From the human T2T-CHM13v2.0 reference genome, Homo sapiens: DNA of 64,000 bases. The notes beneath the pieces are model-generated. The model was not told the DNA's origin and did no database searches. It worked only from the letters and a program-made list of their open reading frames with translations. A program made the position numbers and the translations under genes. Positions 38,985 to 54,570 of this stretch are shown in pieces (position 1 is the stretch's first letter; each line of letters opens with the position of its first letter). The DNA is taken from the NCBI RefSeq assembly GCF_009914755.1, contig NC_060933.1, one strand, 5' to 3'.

Positions 38985-41810
38985 CTTCATAATTTGAAGT
39001 ATAACTAAGATACCTAGCATTAGTGTACAGTTTGATTAATTTTTCAGAGTGAACACACCCACGTGACCACCATTCGGACCTGGCCATGGAATAATGCCAT
39101 TACTGTAAGGCTACCATCTTTACTCCCACATTCCAAGAGTGACCCCTCTTTGGACAGCCATCAGTATAGATTAGTTTTGTCTGTCATTGAAGGTCCATAG
39201 AGTCATACAATATTTTTTCATTTCTTCCTTCACTCAACATTATAATTTTTATCCATACTGTTGCACATAGTGGTAGTTTGTTTATTTTCAGTGCTATATA
39301 GTATTCCATTGTATATATGCCATAATGAACACCTTTCTCCTGTTGATTGATAGACATTTGTGTTGCTTCTAGGCTCTGGCTAGTCGAAATAGCACTGCTA
39401 TGAATATTCTTGTGCGTGACTTTTGATGCCCTTATACACAGATCTCTTTGTGTATGTATCTAGGAGAATGATTGATTGCATCAGAGACTATGCGTACATT
39501 AGCTTCAGTAGGTACCACAAGAACAATTTTTCAAAGCATGACATCAGGTTCCATGCCTGCTAATGGCATGTAAGAATTCCTGTCGTCATTTCAGATTCTC
39601 ACCAGTATTCAGCATTGTCAATTTATCTGAAATTTATATTCTAATAAGAAAGTGGTTAACATTGAATTGTGATTTTAAGTTTGCATACCTAATTTTATAT
39701 ATTTTCATAAGTTTGTTACAAATTTAGACATCTTCTTTTGTAAAGGGACTGTTCAATAATTTTTTGTCCATTTTTAATACATTATATGTCATCTTGTTGT
39801 TGTTGTTATATAAGAAATCTTTAAATATTCTAGATATATTTACCTTCTCCCACTCTATGAGTGGTATATGTATGTCTGTGTTTTCTTTACTTTTTTTCAT
39901 GAGAAGTTGTTAATTTTAATGAGACCAATTTATCAACCTTTAGTTTTATCGTTAGTAAATTTTATGTATTGTTTTGGTTTATCTACACCAAGCTCATGAA
40001 GTTATTCTCATAGGTTATATTGTAGAAGCTTTATTGTTCAACCTTTTATACTTAGGCCTATGTTCCATCTGTAATGGACTTTTGTGTATGGTGTGAGATA
40101 GGGGGTCAAAGAATTTTTTTTCTTTTGGAAATCCAATTAACCCAGACATTTGTTTTCACACACTACATTGCAGTGGTGCCCGTGTTGTAAATTAGGTGAT
40201 TTCTATGCAGCTCTGTTTCTGGACCCTCAAAACTCTGTTCCATGGGTCCATTTGTCTCTATTTACACTAGTATCACACTGCCTTAATTACTGTGGCTGTG
40301 TAAGTTTTGATATCTCTGGTAGTACAAGTCCTTCAGCTTTCTTCTTTTTCAATTTTGTCTTGACTATTTTTGACACTTTGTATTTCTACGTAAATTTTAG
40401 AATTAGCTTACCAATTTTAAGAAGGAAGGGAGAGAGGAAGGGAGAGTGCATGGGAGAGAGGAAGCAAGGGAAAAAGGAGGAAGGACAGAGAAAGAAAATC
40501 TGCTGGGATTTTGACTAGTATCGCATGGAAGCATAGGCCAATTTGAAGAGCGTTAACATTTTTACAACTATGGGTCTCCCAATCCAATTTACATGTTATA
40601 TCTCCTCATTTATTTAAGTCTTTAAAAACTATTCTCTGCAATGTTCTGCATTGCTGTGCATTGGTCAGGTGCATATTTTGCTAAATTTATTCCTAACAAG
40701 GTGCTTAATTTTTTAAATACTATTATAAATGGCATCAAATTTAAAGTATTATTTTCTAATATTTGTTGCCAGTATACAAAAACATAGCTGATTTTTGTAT
40801 GTTGACTTTATATTCATTAGTTTAGCTAAATTGCTGACTCATTCTAATAATTCACCTGTAGATTCTATGCATACAATCATGTCCACAGATACTATCAGGT
40901 TTGTATCTTTTCTAATCCTTAAATTTTGAAATTTCTTTTTCTTGTCTAAACTACTCTGGCTAGAACCTCCAGTACACTGTTACATAGAAATGGTAAGAGT
41001 GAACATCCTCGTCTTGTTGCTGGTCTCCAGCAGAAGTGTTCGTATTTCATTATTAAGTACAGACTTTTATAGATGAAAGGGTTCCCTTCTAGTCCTAATT
41101 TGATGCCAGTTATATTTTCAGTGATGAACAAGTTCTGAGTTTTAACAAATGCTTTTTATTCATCTTTTGAGGTGTTCATATGGTTTTTCTTTATTTTGTT
41201 TCTGTGGTGAATTATATTGATTGATTTTCTAGTGTTAAACCAACCTTGCATTTTTAAAAGAAACTTTATTTTGTCATGATATCTGATCCTTTTAAAATAT
41301 CTCTAGATTTGGTTTGCCACTAGTTTGCTCAAGAGTTTCATATCTATATTACAATGAAGGATTGGCCTATAATTTTCTTCTCCTGGAATGTCCTTGACAA
41401 GTTTCAGTATCAAAGTAATGCTGGCCTCATAAAATGAGTAGCAAAGTATTCCTTTTTCCAGTCCCTGGAAGAATTTGTGTAACACTCATTTTTTTTTTTC
41501 CTCATATGTTTGAAATAACTCCTCACTCAAATGTCTGGGCCTCAAGATTCCTTTGTAGGAATCTATTTACATTATAGATTCAATTTCTCTAGCAAATATG
41601 TGAATATTCAAATTATCCATTTTTTCTTATGTCAATTTTTGCATTTTTCTAGGCGTGTGTCCATTTCACCTGCATGTTCAAAGCCACTGACATAAAATTC
41701 TTCATAATATCATCTTAATATTTTGTTTAATGTCTTTAGTGTGTGTGTTAGTAGTTTATGCTTTTGATTTATCTAGGTCAGTCTCTCCAGGGATCTATTT
41801 ATTAGGCTTT
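38985..41810 (-). mobile_element. Ancient L1M (3'UTR to ORF2 RT region)
   Basis: Antisense L1 3'UTR-like sequence; the ORF at 41303-41485 translates to SFYEASITLILK...NYRPI...NIDMKLLSKLVANQI, recognisable L1 reverse transcriptase. Confidence 0.85.
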
Positions 41811-41829
41811 CCCTGAAAATATGGACAAA

Positions 41830-42890
41830 TACATAGAAATTCATTATTCAATAAAAAGTTAAGAGAATGCCAACTGAAAGATATGTAGTGTGTTGGTAGT
41901 TAAAAGCAGGAGAAATTGTAATTGATTGGGAAGCTCACAGGGGACTTAAAGTGGGAAATAATTGAGATAAACCTTAAAGGAAAGGTAGAATGTTGACAGT
42001 ATTAATAGAAAAGGCATTATTGGCATAAGAGAAATTTGGATAATGTGCAGCAGGAAATTGAGAAAAGATGGGAAGGTCTGGACAATCAAGAGATTTGAGT
42101 CATAGACAATGAGAAGACACCGAATTCATATTTTCAGTATTTTCATATGTTGACTATTTGGAAAATATAAGGAACGATGTTGAGGAAAGACACTAAGTTG
42201 TCCAGCCTGGTGACTGGGAGAAGAAAAAGAAGGCAAGAGGAAGAGCGTTTCAGGGTTAGAAATGTTTGACTTTGTAGGTCCCAGTCAAAAGCTGCAGGCT
42301 GGAGCCAAGACAGTGGAGGAGCTGTCAAAACAAGCAACAGCATGAGGATGTGATCAGGCTGTGTCCAGAACCATGGGCTTTAGTCCCTTTACAGCATAAG
42401 AGGAGGAAGGAGTCAGTGAGCATAGACCAGAGAGGGGAGCCTGGAGCCACAGAAGCCAAGAAAGCAGGCTTTCTAGTAGGGCAGAGTTCATTGTATCAGA
42501 CTCTACAACTCAACCGAGGGATGAGGACCCAGAAAGCCACTGGACTCAGCATGCGGGAAGTCACTGTGGGCCTTTGTGGCATATATTGAGATAGTAAATG
42601 TCTGGTGTCAATGGGAAGAGAAAGAAGAGAGGGCTTCATTCTAAGGGGCATGCTTTTCCAAGCTGTGCAACCCACTCTGTCTTCCATTCACAATTATTTA
42701 TAGGTTGCCTGCCTATTCCAGTCACAAAGCTAGGTAGTGATCAAAGTAGACATGACCCCTCTCCTATTGAGCTCATATCTAATGAGGAGCTAAACATCAA
42801 ATAAATATAAAGAAATGATTAAAAACCATGATTAATGCTTGGGGAGAAAGAAGAGGGAATTATGAGAGAGAATAAAAGGAGGAGGCCGAT
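41830..42890. mobile_element. L2 LINE relics
   Basis: Purine-rich L2-like sequence ('gggatgaggacccagaaagccactggactcagcatgcgggaagtcactg'; 'cattcacaattatttataggttgcctgcctattccagtcac'). Confidence 0.55.
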
Positions 42891-44459
42891 TTAGATTGCA
42901 GCGGGGATTGGGGAACGCCTGACCATGGATTCACATGTAGAGGCATGAAAGAAAGAGTTCTGACAGCATTGAAATAACAAGATGGGCTGTTCGAGTGTCT
43001 CCTTCAGGGGCCAAGTAAATTCTGGGGTTCTAGAACTTGCCGGGCATCATGACCCCACAACTTCATCTAATTCCCAAACCTCCCTCCCCATCACATGCCT
43101 GTCTTCAGGAGACGGAGAATCAGTCAGAAAGCAGAAACCACCACAAGTCAAATTAAAGGAGAAAATGTGTAGCTCAAGGCAAAAATCTTCTTCCAAAGAA
43201 CACAAGGAAGATGAATCTACCATTGTTGAGTTATAATGTTGGGGGATTATGAAGGCTAATATGATTAATTGTAATTATCATTTATAATGTATACTTATAA
43301 TGATATTGCTTCTAGAACATCTTCATTATCTTTCACTTTTGAAATGCTGCTTGGGCTTCCCAACAGATTTCAGAAGGGGCTTTTATTGGGCCCAGATCAT
43401 CAATCCAAACCTTTTAAGGTAAGGGTGTTGCTACCTCAGAAGCCAAAGAGACATTTCCTGTCCTGGAAAGCACTAAATAGTCATTAGCTTCTTCAATCTG
43501 TTTACCAGCCCGCCTGTCACTGGGGTTCGACAGGCCTCAAAATTAACACTCTACTCTATTTGTCCATCACAGGGCTGTCCCACAGACTGCGGTTCTCAAG
43601 TGGCCTCAGGCAAGCCTTATTTCATGCCAGAGCTAAGTTCCTGGGGAATAACATGTCTAAATTGAATTTGGTTTATTCAGGTCCGTTTGAAATGAAGCCT
43701 TGTTTAAAAGAAAGCCATACTCAATTTTATTTTTCAAGCAAATCTATCTTCATCGTCTGACCTAATTGGTCTCAGAGACCCTAATTTGGAGAGTTTTCAT
43801 GCCCTTCGTTTATCATTGTGGCAACGTCAAAATCAGGATGGTTTCTTTCAACCACCTATGCTGCCTTTGTAAGAGCAAGGATGCTCCAAGCAACACTGGT
43901 CTCCCCAAGTGTCAGCGAGGCCCCTCTCTCCATAATCTCTGGCCACCCTCTGTCTGTCTCAGTTTCTTCTGACTTCACTGTAGGGCTCCCCAGGCCTCCT
44001 CAGTCTTGTCTGTCTCACCTGGACACCTGCTCAGTGGGAACCCATGTCCTTGACCATCTCGGCTGGCCCATGCACCTTGGCCTGTTTGTATTCAGACCTT
44101 TTGGAATCCACAGGGACAACTCACCAGTGACCAGGGGCAGAGCAGCTGTATCAACTCAGCTTGGGGAAGCTCAAGTATCCAGTGATCTTGGCTGTGTGGA
44201 GTTTGAAATGAAGCCCAGTGTATTACTCACGGCAAAACCAGGGGCCAGCCAAGTTAAATAGAGCACTCCCCGAAACATTCACGGACTGATTAGAGAAGGA
44301 AGCTCTGATTTGAAGAGAGGCTATTTTGTGTCTGCTTTTATTTTTTTAAACAACATGCTTTCCATTAGTGAGATGGGAAAAGTAGAAACCTGAAAGAATG
44401 ATATTTATTAATTTAAAAAGTTCAGGTCTGTGACCATATGCCATGTCCCTTTGACTTCA

Positions 44460-44690
44460 TAATAATGGCCACACTTTGAGGTCTTCCTTTGTCCAGAAAC
44501 TGTGGTAAGCACTTTGTAAGCACTTTCTCATGTAATCTTTATGAAAACTCTGTGATGTAGGTACCGTTCTTACTCCTGTTTGCAGATGGGCAAGCTGAGG
44601 TCCAGAGAGAGTAAGCACACACTATTTTTAAGTGGTAGAGCTAAAATTTGAACCCTGGCAGTCTGCCTTCCTATTCTTGCCCGCTCTTAA
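44460..44690 (-). mobile_element. MIR relic
   Basis: 'gtaggtaccgttcttactcctgtttgcagatgggcaagctgaggtccagagagagtaag...ttgaaccctggcagtctg'. Confidence 0.75.
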
Positions 44691-46517
44691 ACAAATGCAA
44701 GTACCCAGGAGCTTTCATGAAGAGAACCCCTCAAAAGAAAGCTGACATTACCCCACGGGTTCATAAGTGGGTGCAAGTTTTTTTTTTTTTTTTTTTTGAA
44801 AGATCTCTGAAGGCCAGGAATTCAATAAGGCGGAACACACCCCACTGAACCAAGCAGGGCTTGAGTTTGCAGATTATTTTCCGACCAGAAGGAGTTCATT
44901 GACTTGGAGGAAGAAAGGAGATCATTTAATGGACTTACAGAAAATATTTTTGTTTTCGCTTTTTTTCTCTCGCAGAACAGTTCAAATCTTCCAGGCCACG
45001 GTTCATTCCCTCTGTTGGCCTTTCTACCTGGGATTGTTATGAGAGGCCTGAAGCTAAGTCCCCGTGTCCCCCACTGGCCAAGCCTGCCCTCTCGTTTGGT
45101 CAGCGCACCGACACTGCCTTTGCAGCTGCATATCCACGTAGATATGTTTATTGGAGCACTGAGAATCTCACTTCTCAAAAAGCCCCGGGAATTAGATTGT
45201 TTTCCACACTGAAAGTTTTCATTTGAAAAATAACCCTCTTTGTTTAACTAATGAAAAGGAGGGGCTGCTGCTCGCTTCTCAGGCTGGGTAAGAATTCCAT
45301 GGGCAGTAATTCTGTTTCTCAGTGGAAAATGTTTCGGTTTCTTAATGTTGTTTTGCAGACTGGTCCCTGCCCGGCCCTTGCTCCCAGGACCACACATACA
45401 CACATGTGCACACTCACCCATGCACAGTGCAGCATTTTCCACCCTTCCCTGTTGGGGATGGTTGCATCCTCTTTCCAACACCTGCAGAACAAAAACGAGG
45501 TGGGTCAGTGGCTGTCACCCAGCCAGAGACATCCCTGCGTGTACGGGAACAGAACGCTTTCCCTGGCCACGCTTTCAACCCCAGAGGCTGGGTGGGCCAC
45601 AGAAGAGGAAATTGGACTCCAAACTTCTCTTGTTTCTGTGCATCTCCATGTCAAGCAATTCTCTCACACTATGGAGGGGGTGTTCTGTAACATTCCCTCC
45701 TCATTAGGTTCGTATGAAATGGAGATAAACACAGTGCTGTCATCATTGGACTTAGAGTGTGGCCAGCATGGTGCAGAGTGGTCTGGACCGCACAAAACAA
45801 ATCAAAATATGGCCCCAGGAGACAACTTGCTGGTGGTAGAAAAAGCATGGATGCTTGCATTTCGACAGACCTGCACCGTCACCTAAACAGCTCAGCCCAC
45901 GTGCAAGCAACTGCTGAACTACTCTGAGCCTTTTGCATCCACAGCTACGGACAAGAGAAGTTATGTAACTCACAGGCAGGTGCAGTGCCCTGGGTGGTGT
46001 TTCTCACATAGTAGATGTTCAAGGAACACCTATCTTCTTCCCTCTCCTTTGTTCTCTGAAAACGAGCCATCTCGCGTCTAGCTGGGGGCCAAGCCCCATT
46101 CCTACAAAACAAGTTACAAACAAACAAGTGAGTGCAGCCACAGCAGAGCCGAGTCCAGAGCAGGGTGTCCTCACCATCCCCAAGGTCCACTGCAGAGTTA
46201 ATGTGTACTGTCAAAGGGGTGCTGTGTGCTGTAGGGCTGGGGGATCCAACACCAGCGGGAACTGTTAGGTCTGTTATCCAGAAATGTGAAGTATTCCTTC
46301 TCTCTATGGTCTTTGCGTGGGACAGATATATCTGGCCTGAGTATGTGGCCTAAACACAGTTGTGCTTAAAGCAGGCAAAAGGACTGGGCAAAATAACCAC
46401 CATGTGAAAATAGACATTCAGGAGATCCGCACGCATTAAATGTAAAGAGAAGATTAGCTGTTAGCATGGAGCAAATGAACAGCTTTAAAAGTAGACAGGG
46501 ATAGTATGAAACAAGGC

Positions 46518-46885
46518 TGTCAGTCAGACTGCTTTTAGTTTTCAGTGATGAAAACCTTCTTCTATATTACCTCTAGCAAATAAATAAATCAGTAATTTAT
46601 TGGTTCATATAACCAAGACATTCTGGGTTAGAACTCCAGGTGGGGCTGAATACACAAAGTCATATGATGCTGGTAGGGCTAGCTGCTTGGCTGGCTCTCT
46701 TTCTCTCTCCATATCCATATTTTGTCTAATAGCCTAATTCTCTACTCTTTCGAATTACCATCCTACTCTCAACTTGGTAGCTCCAATAGAGAAATTCTAT
46801 CTATCTCTCAGCACAGGCATATCAAAACCAGGGAGGATTCTAAGGGACCCAACCGTGAACATATTACTGGCTAGAGGATAAGGCA
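46518..46885 (-). mobile_element. Old MLT1 (J/L-like) LTR relic
   Basis: 'gtcagactgcttttagttttcagtgatgaaaacc...taatttattggttcatataacc'. Confidence 0.5.
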
Positions 46886-47457
46886 CTATACTTTCTCTGC
46901 TACAGAAAGTGCAGATCTAGACAGATCTGTTTAAGTGACACCCTCTCTAAGTGACAGTGCAGGTCCAAGTCTCCACTCAACCCAATGTTTTCGTGTCTAC
47001 TCCGTTCTAGCTACGATCTAGCCACTGGGAACCCAGCCGTGGACAGGGGAGAGGATGCCCAGCTCCCAGGCAGCTTATGGTCTTGTGAAGAGCCAACATT
47101 TTAGTTGAATCCTGCTACTTCCTGCTACTCTGCATCAAGAACCAAACAGAAGTACAGAGTCCTCTCCGTTCACAAAAAAAGCCAATTTCTTTTTATAAAA
47201 TTAACAGAAAGTTACCAAATACAGTTCTGTACACTGAAAGTTACCACATGTAAAGCAAGCATACATATTGCCTCGCATTCCAGCCAGCAGGGCAGTCTCA
47301 GTGTGGAACCCCCCTGCTGAATGGCACCTCTGGAAGGTATGCAGCAGGCAGTACTGCCAACCAGAAATGGCCGGGGCTTTCAGGAGACATCACTGCTTTG
47401 GAGTTTCTTGCAGAAAACTTTCACATTCATCTCACACACAAGGATTGCAAACTGCTT

Positions 47458-47462
<5 letters not shown>

Positions 47463-47492
<30 letters not shown>
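47463..47492. repeat. (TG)15 microsatellite
   Basis: Direct observation. Confidence 0.97.
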
Positions 47493-47497
<5 letters not shown>

Positions 47498-49709
47498 TCT
47501 CTGATCAAAGGAAAGTGGGATACTCTGTAATACTCTGTAATCAATGATATGAAATGGAATTACACCCTGAGTACACTGTAATGGGCATTGTGGATTTAGG
47601 TTAGGGGAGAAAAGTTGGCCTCCCAAAATTTCTGTATTTGGAGGGACCAGTAGACTTGTGTTTTTTGATGACTTGGATGTGTGATGGTGTGGGAGGACAG
47701 TCTCATCAAATATAATTTACTCAGTATTTATTGAGTGCCTACTATGTACCAATCCTCTGGTTATATAAAAACAAATAATACAGCATTTCTTCTTCATGGA
47801 TAGAGTGGCTAAGTCGGGGACCTGCACATAAACCAAGCACACTACAGTGGGTAAGTGTTCTAAGGGTCTGTGCACAGCACATTACACTATGACATGTTAA
47901 GGCATGCAGTAATCTCTTAGTGCCTATGGTGGGGATGAAAGATTTTCTCCTCATCTCTGAATGGCTGGGTGGAACCCCAGCATGGAGCCTCGGCTGGAAA
48001 CTAGAGGATTCTGGACAAAGACGAGGACAGGCTCTAATGTCAGGCCTTGGAACCATCTGAGGTCACCACCTGTTAAGCACGCTTAACCTCTGTGGACCCA
48101 AGGTGGTGTGTGACAAGCATCCCCAGGGCTTGCTGGACAACCATTACTTTTTATTACGTTTCTTACTGTCAGGTGCTCCGAAATCCACATGGACTGCTCT
48201 TATGATTTCAGGTTATCCCAAAAGAGAAACTCAAGAATCAGTGATGAGCACAGCCGGGAGTGAGCCGGCTGCCTATCTCAAAAGGGCACATCACCATAAT
48301 CACAGATATACCATGAGCATATGCAGAAAGAATGTACCGAGGGAGTGTGTGTCAGGAGCGGCCAAGAGGATACATAAACCAGGTGCCCCTCCCAGCATCC
48401 CTCTCCCCCACCAAAGCAGTGCCTTTAAAATATGTGATAGGTGCCCACATTGTCTCTCTGGCCCCGCAGAATGCCCCTCCCCCAACAGCCACCTTTGCTG
48501 CTCTTCGTCTAAATCCACCCGGGGTCTCCCCTGGGCTGGCTGTTGCCTTCATATTTCATGCGGAATGCGCAGCTTCCCAGGAGCCGGACGCATGCCCTGC
48601 ATTCTGATGCATCGGCCGGCTCTGACACCAGCCAGCTCCAGAGCATGCCTAATGAGGAGGCTGACACCGAGGCAGAAGAGCCAGGCCGGGCTGTGGACGG
48701 CCCGCTGCAAACAGGGAGTGGGGTGACAGGAAGGCACCAAGGGTGAACCCGGGGGAAAGATGGCAGTTGCCTTTTTAAGACACGACTCTAGCATCAGATA
48801 CTACAAACATGGGCCAATTTAAACCACACCAGGAATGAATCACAGCCTCGAATAAAGAGCAATTTGGATCAAGGAACTTCCTTGGGGAAAGCATAAAACT
48901 AAAAGAGGAAGGAGAAGCGGCAAACACTAAGAGAAGGCAGAAGCTTTGAAATCACTCATATTTCAGTAGGCAGAGTGGTTGCCCATTTTAGTTTTTCTTC
49001 CAGTGTAGAGCTCCTTCAAGTTTCCTTAGAGACCACTTCATTATCTAAAAGATGCTGCTGAACAGAAGTTTTTCCTTTCCTGAAAGCCTCATCTACCTTA
49101 ATTTCACACATTATTCCTCGTTTTGACTGGCTCTATCAGGATAAATTGACCCTTGCTTCCCATGGTATTTATGGCATTTATCCTTGGGGTAGAGCCAGTA
49201 CCGACAATCACCATCCCAAAGCTACGAGGATGCGATGGTAACATGCTCATCAGCCATCTACTTAACACTTTGCCCAAGCCTAGTCCCGTTTCATCATCCC
49301 AGCAACTTGATGAGTTAGGTGCAGATGAGAAAACCAAGAATGACAGAAGTTTATCCAAGGCCATACATCAGACCAACGGTCTCAAACATGGGACCGCCTT
49401 CAGTACTTTCCAATGAGCTGGGTACCCACTAAAAAAAAAAAAAAAAAAAATCAAAATCTACCATTCCACTTGGTTCTATGTGGAATGATGTGGCAAATCA
49501 TGATTTCTAATCATTTAGTGTAGATAAAATATTAGCAAATAAAACTTTACACTGACATAGGAAAGATTGTTATTTACATCATGGACTCTAACAAAGAAAT
49601 TTCCTTTAAAGCTTTAATTTTGTCATTTGTGTTTCTGTGTGTGTGTCTGTGTAATAAGCCTTTGGTTTTGGCTCTGCAGATGCTAATTTCGTAATGAAAT
49701 TCATAGTTC

Positions 49710-49885
49710 TTTATTGAAATGCTTACCACATGTCTCACAGTTTTCATTAATTGTCTCATGTCATCCTCCTGACACTGTGATCCAGGTGATATTGTCCCAC
49801 TTTGGAGATGAGGAAACTCTTGTTCAGACAAGTTACATAGATGGGCCAAGACCACAAAGCTCCTAAGTGGCAGGACAGGAACCTG
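49710..49885 (-). mobile_element. MIR relic
   Basis: 'tattgtcccacttttggagatgaggaaactcttgttcagacaagttacatagatgggccaagaccaca'. Confidence 0.7.
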
Positions 49886-50046
49886 CCTGGCTTAAAGCTA
49901 CAGATACTGCTCATAGTAAGCCACCCTGTTCTGCAGCCATGTGGTATCCAACATATTTAATATCATTCAATGCCCTGTGTTTCCCAGCATCATTGTTCTT
50001 TTTGTACTTCCTGCCCATTGGGTTCTTGAAATATTTTCCCTGTTAA

Positions 50047-50855
<809 letters not shown>

Positions 50856-50878
50856 GTAAAAGAAAACTTGCACTTTTT

Positions 50879-51187
<309 letters not shown>

Positions 51188-54100
51188 AAAACTTGCACTT
51201 TTTCTTGTGTAGAATTACATTTTACTGGTTCTTTTTTAACGCTCGTTTAGATTCTGTCCTTTCTCAAAACAAAACAATTCCTAATTTAAAATCTTCAGCT
51301 AATTTTTTGTTTCTGAATACTTTTGGAGTTAGAAGCATAGAATTTTACAATGGAAGGAAATCTTGGAGATTGTGCATCCCCCGCTTGCGGGAATTTTCCC
51401 TATAATAGCTCCAGAAACTGGTCATCTCACCATCTCCACTTACACATCCTCAATACTACAAAGCACACTACACCAAAAGGCAGCTCAGCCCACTCTCAGA
51501 CAGTCTGAATTGTTAGAATGCTCTTCCTTGTGCTTTCTTCAACATACAAATTTGGGGATATAAGGGGGGAAAATTCAAACCATAACAGTCTCTTGTCTGC
51601 AAATCAGTGCTTTAGACACATGAATAAGTCACTTGTGTGATCCCTGACGCTTCTCTTTTTCTGGTTTAACAACCTCCAACTTTTCGCCAGACTCCTCTGT
51701 CCTGGGAGTCTATTCTGAACGCACTCTTCTGTCAGTGCCTGAAAGGGTGGCACCCTGCCAGCTGGGCTCGGAGGACCCTACTTCCCCATGTCAGCTCCAG
51801 TTGAGTTCACACTCTCAGCTGCCTAGGTGTGCAGAGCTAGATTTATATTGATCACAGACTCTGCTAATTCTCCCAGGTCCCGATCACATTGATGATTCTT
51901 AAACCTGGATTCCCACATCCAGTACTATGCTATTTGATTCTCTTTGTAGAATATCGACAAAACAACCCTGGCCAGAAAGAGAGATCCTTTCAGTACTTTG
52001 CTGAAAACCTCTTTTCTGAGTTTGGGGCTGTACCACATATTTTAGGGTCTTTCCACTTCTCACTGCTGCACCTATTCTAGTCTTCACATCAAATCCAACA
52101 AAGACAGGAAGATAGGTGAAGTGGTTTAAAGCCACCGTATTTGCTAATCCTGAAACTCCTGAAACTGAAATATGCAAAGAGCTCAAGTTTGGCAAACTCA
52201 GTTTTTCAGAAACATGCCATGTTAATTCCCCATTGTCCTGTTGTCTTGCAGATACTGAGGCTTTTTCTCTTAAGATTTGTTCCCTTTTCTTGCAAAACAT
52301 TGAACTTCCCAGTTCTATGTTTTCCCTGGATTATTTCCAGGGAAATAATGCTTCCCTATTCTGGAAATCAGTCCCACATGTCTTCTTTTAATACTTCTGA
52401 TAAATCCCCTGATAGTGATTCATATTTTTCAGTCCTTTAACAAGTTCACTTCTTAAGCAATTGTTTTGATCAGTTTCTAATTTGGGGGCAGGGAAGGGCA
52501 ATTCTTTCAAATCTACTGATCTGTACTCTCCAAGAGCACCCTTTCTCTTTAGGCTTCCTTTATACATATCAAAGAACTAAGGCGGGGCCATAAAGCAATC
52601 AGGAGGTGGAAAGAGGTTAAAACAAGTAGCAGGCTTACAAGAAAAAAAATAGTCGACTCTGTTTTTCAAAATTCTTTTTGTGGAATATGAGATAGATAGG
52701 AGAACTACAGTCCAGAGTGGAAGGTCTTGGGGACCAGGGAGGAAAAAAGTAGCGTGGAAGTGGGATTACAGAGGGACCTGAATTGCCATGGCATGTGAAA
52801 AAGATAACTCTACCAACCCAAGCAACATCCAGGTCATGAATTCAGGTCTGAATTCTTCCAGGACAAGTTCTGGAATTTCTAGAAAGCAGGGATGTCCTAA
52901 TATATTTTATACTCAGAGCAGGTCATTATTTGATACCATCCCCTATATCACATTAATTTTTAGGAATCAGTGTGTAGCATTCAATTATAAAATTTTTATT
53001 TGTTATTTAGTTTTAAAACGAACAATTAGCAACTTAAAAAAGGAGAAATATCAACCTTAAAGATACTAGTCAAAGTCAGCAAAATATTTCATATATGTAC
53101 TAAAACTTATATTTATTAAACAACAACATTACATCTCAAAGTTTGCACTGTTTCACTGTCTTGAATTTCAAACCCAAAAACTCCAAGAGGTCACATAAAA
53201 TGGCAACACTGATAGAACCCAAGTTTTGTTTTTTCATCCTTACAATCACATACCATCGCTTAAAAAAAAAAAAATCTGTTGTTAAGGCTGGCAAGATAGC
53301 CCAATAGGAATACCTCCGGTCTACAGCACCCAGCGAGGCTGACACAGAAGGCAGGTGATTTCTGCATTTCCAACTGAGGTACCCGGTTCATCTCATTGGG
53401 ACTGGTTGGACACTGGGTGCAGTCCACGGAGGGCAAGCCAAAGCAGGCTGGGGCGTTGCCTCACCCAGGAACCGCAAGGAGTCAGGGAATTTTCTCCCCT
53501 ACCGGAGGGAAGCTGTGAGGGACTGAGTCCAAGGAACTCCAGCACAGATACTGCGCTTGTCCCAGGGTCTTCGCAACCCGCAAACCAGGAGATTCCCTTC
53601 CGTGCCCCACCCCACCAGGACCCTGGATTTCAAGCAAAAAACGGGGCGGCCATTTGGGCAGACACCAAACTAGCTTCAAGAGTTCTTTTTTTCCATACCC
53701 CACTGGTGCCTGGAAGGCCAGCAAGACAGAACCATTCACTCCACTGGAAAGGGGTGCTGAAGCCAGGGAGCCAAGTGGCCTGGTTCGGCGGGTGCCACCC
53801 CCATGGAGCCCAGCAAACTAAGATCCACTGGGTTGAAATTCTCGCTGCCAGCACAGCAGCAGTCTGACATCCACCTGGGATGCTTGAGCTTGGTGGGGGC
53901 AGGGGCATCTGCCCTTGCTGAAGCTTGAGTAGGCAGTTTTACGCTCACTGTGTAAACAAAGCCACTGGGAAGTTTGAACTGGGTGGGGCCCACTGCAGCT
54001 CAGCAAGGCTGCTGTGGCCAGACTGACAGATTTCTCTTCTCTGGGCAGGGCATCTCTGAAAAAAAGGCAACAGCCCTAGTCAGGGACATACAGATAAAAC

Positions 54101-54570
54101 CCCCATCTCCCTGGGACAGAGCACCTGGGGGAAGGGGCGGTTGTAGGTGCAGCTTCAGCAGACTTAAACGTCCCTGCCTGACAGCTCTGAAGAGAGGAGT
54201 GGATCTCCCAGCACAGCATTCGAGCTCTGCTAAGAGTCAGTCTGCCTCCTCAAGTGGGTCCCTGACCCTCGTGTATCCTGACTGGGAGACACACCTCATA
54301 TAGGAGAGCTCTGGCTGGCATCTGGCAGGTGCCCCTCTGGGATGAAGCTTCCAGAGGAAAGATCAGACAGCAATCTCTGCTGTTCTACAGCCTCCGCTGG
54401 TGATACCCAGGCAAACAGGGTCCAGGAGTGGACCTCCAGCAAACTCCAGAAGACTGGCAGCAGAGAGGCCTGTCAGAAGGAAAGCTAACAGAAAGGAATA
54501 GCACGTCCACTCAAAGACCCCACCCAAAGGTAACCATCATCAAAGACCAAAGTCGGATAAATTCACAAAG

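Noticed and set aside
45251-45886. 211-aa ATG-initiated ORF
   Set aside because: No recognisable homology; composition resembles translated non-coding DNA, with overlapping ORFs in other frames. A PhyloCSF or Ribo-seq signal would be needed.
48103-48726. 207-aa ORF
   Set aside because: Explained by local GC richness; no domain similarity recognised.
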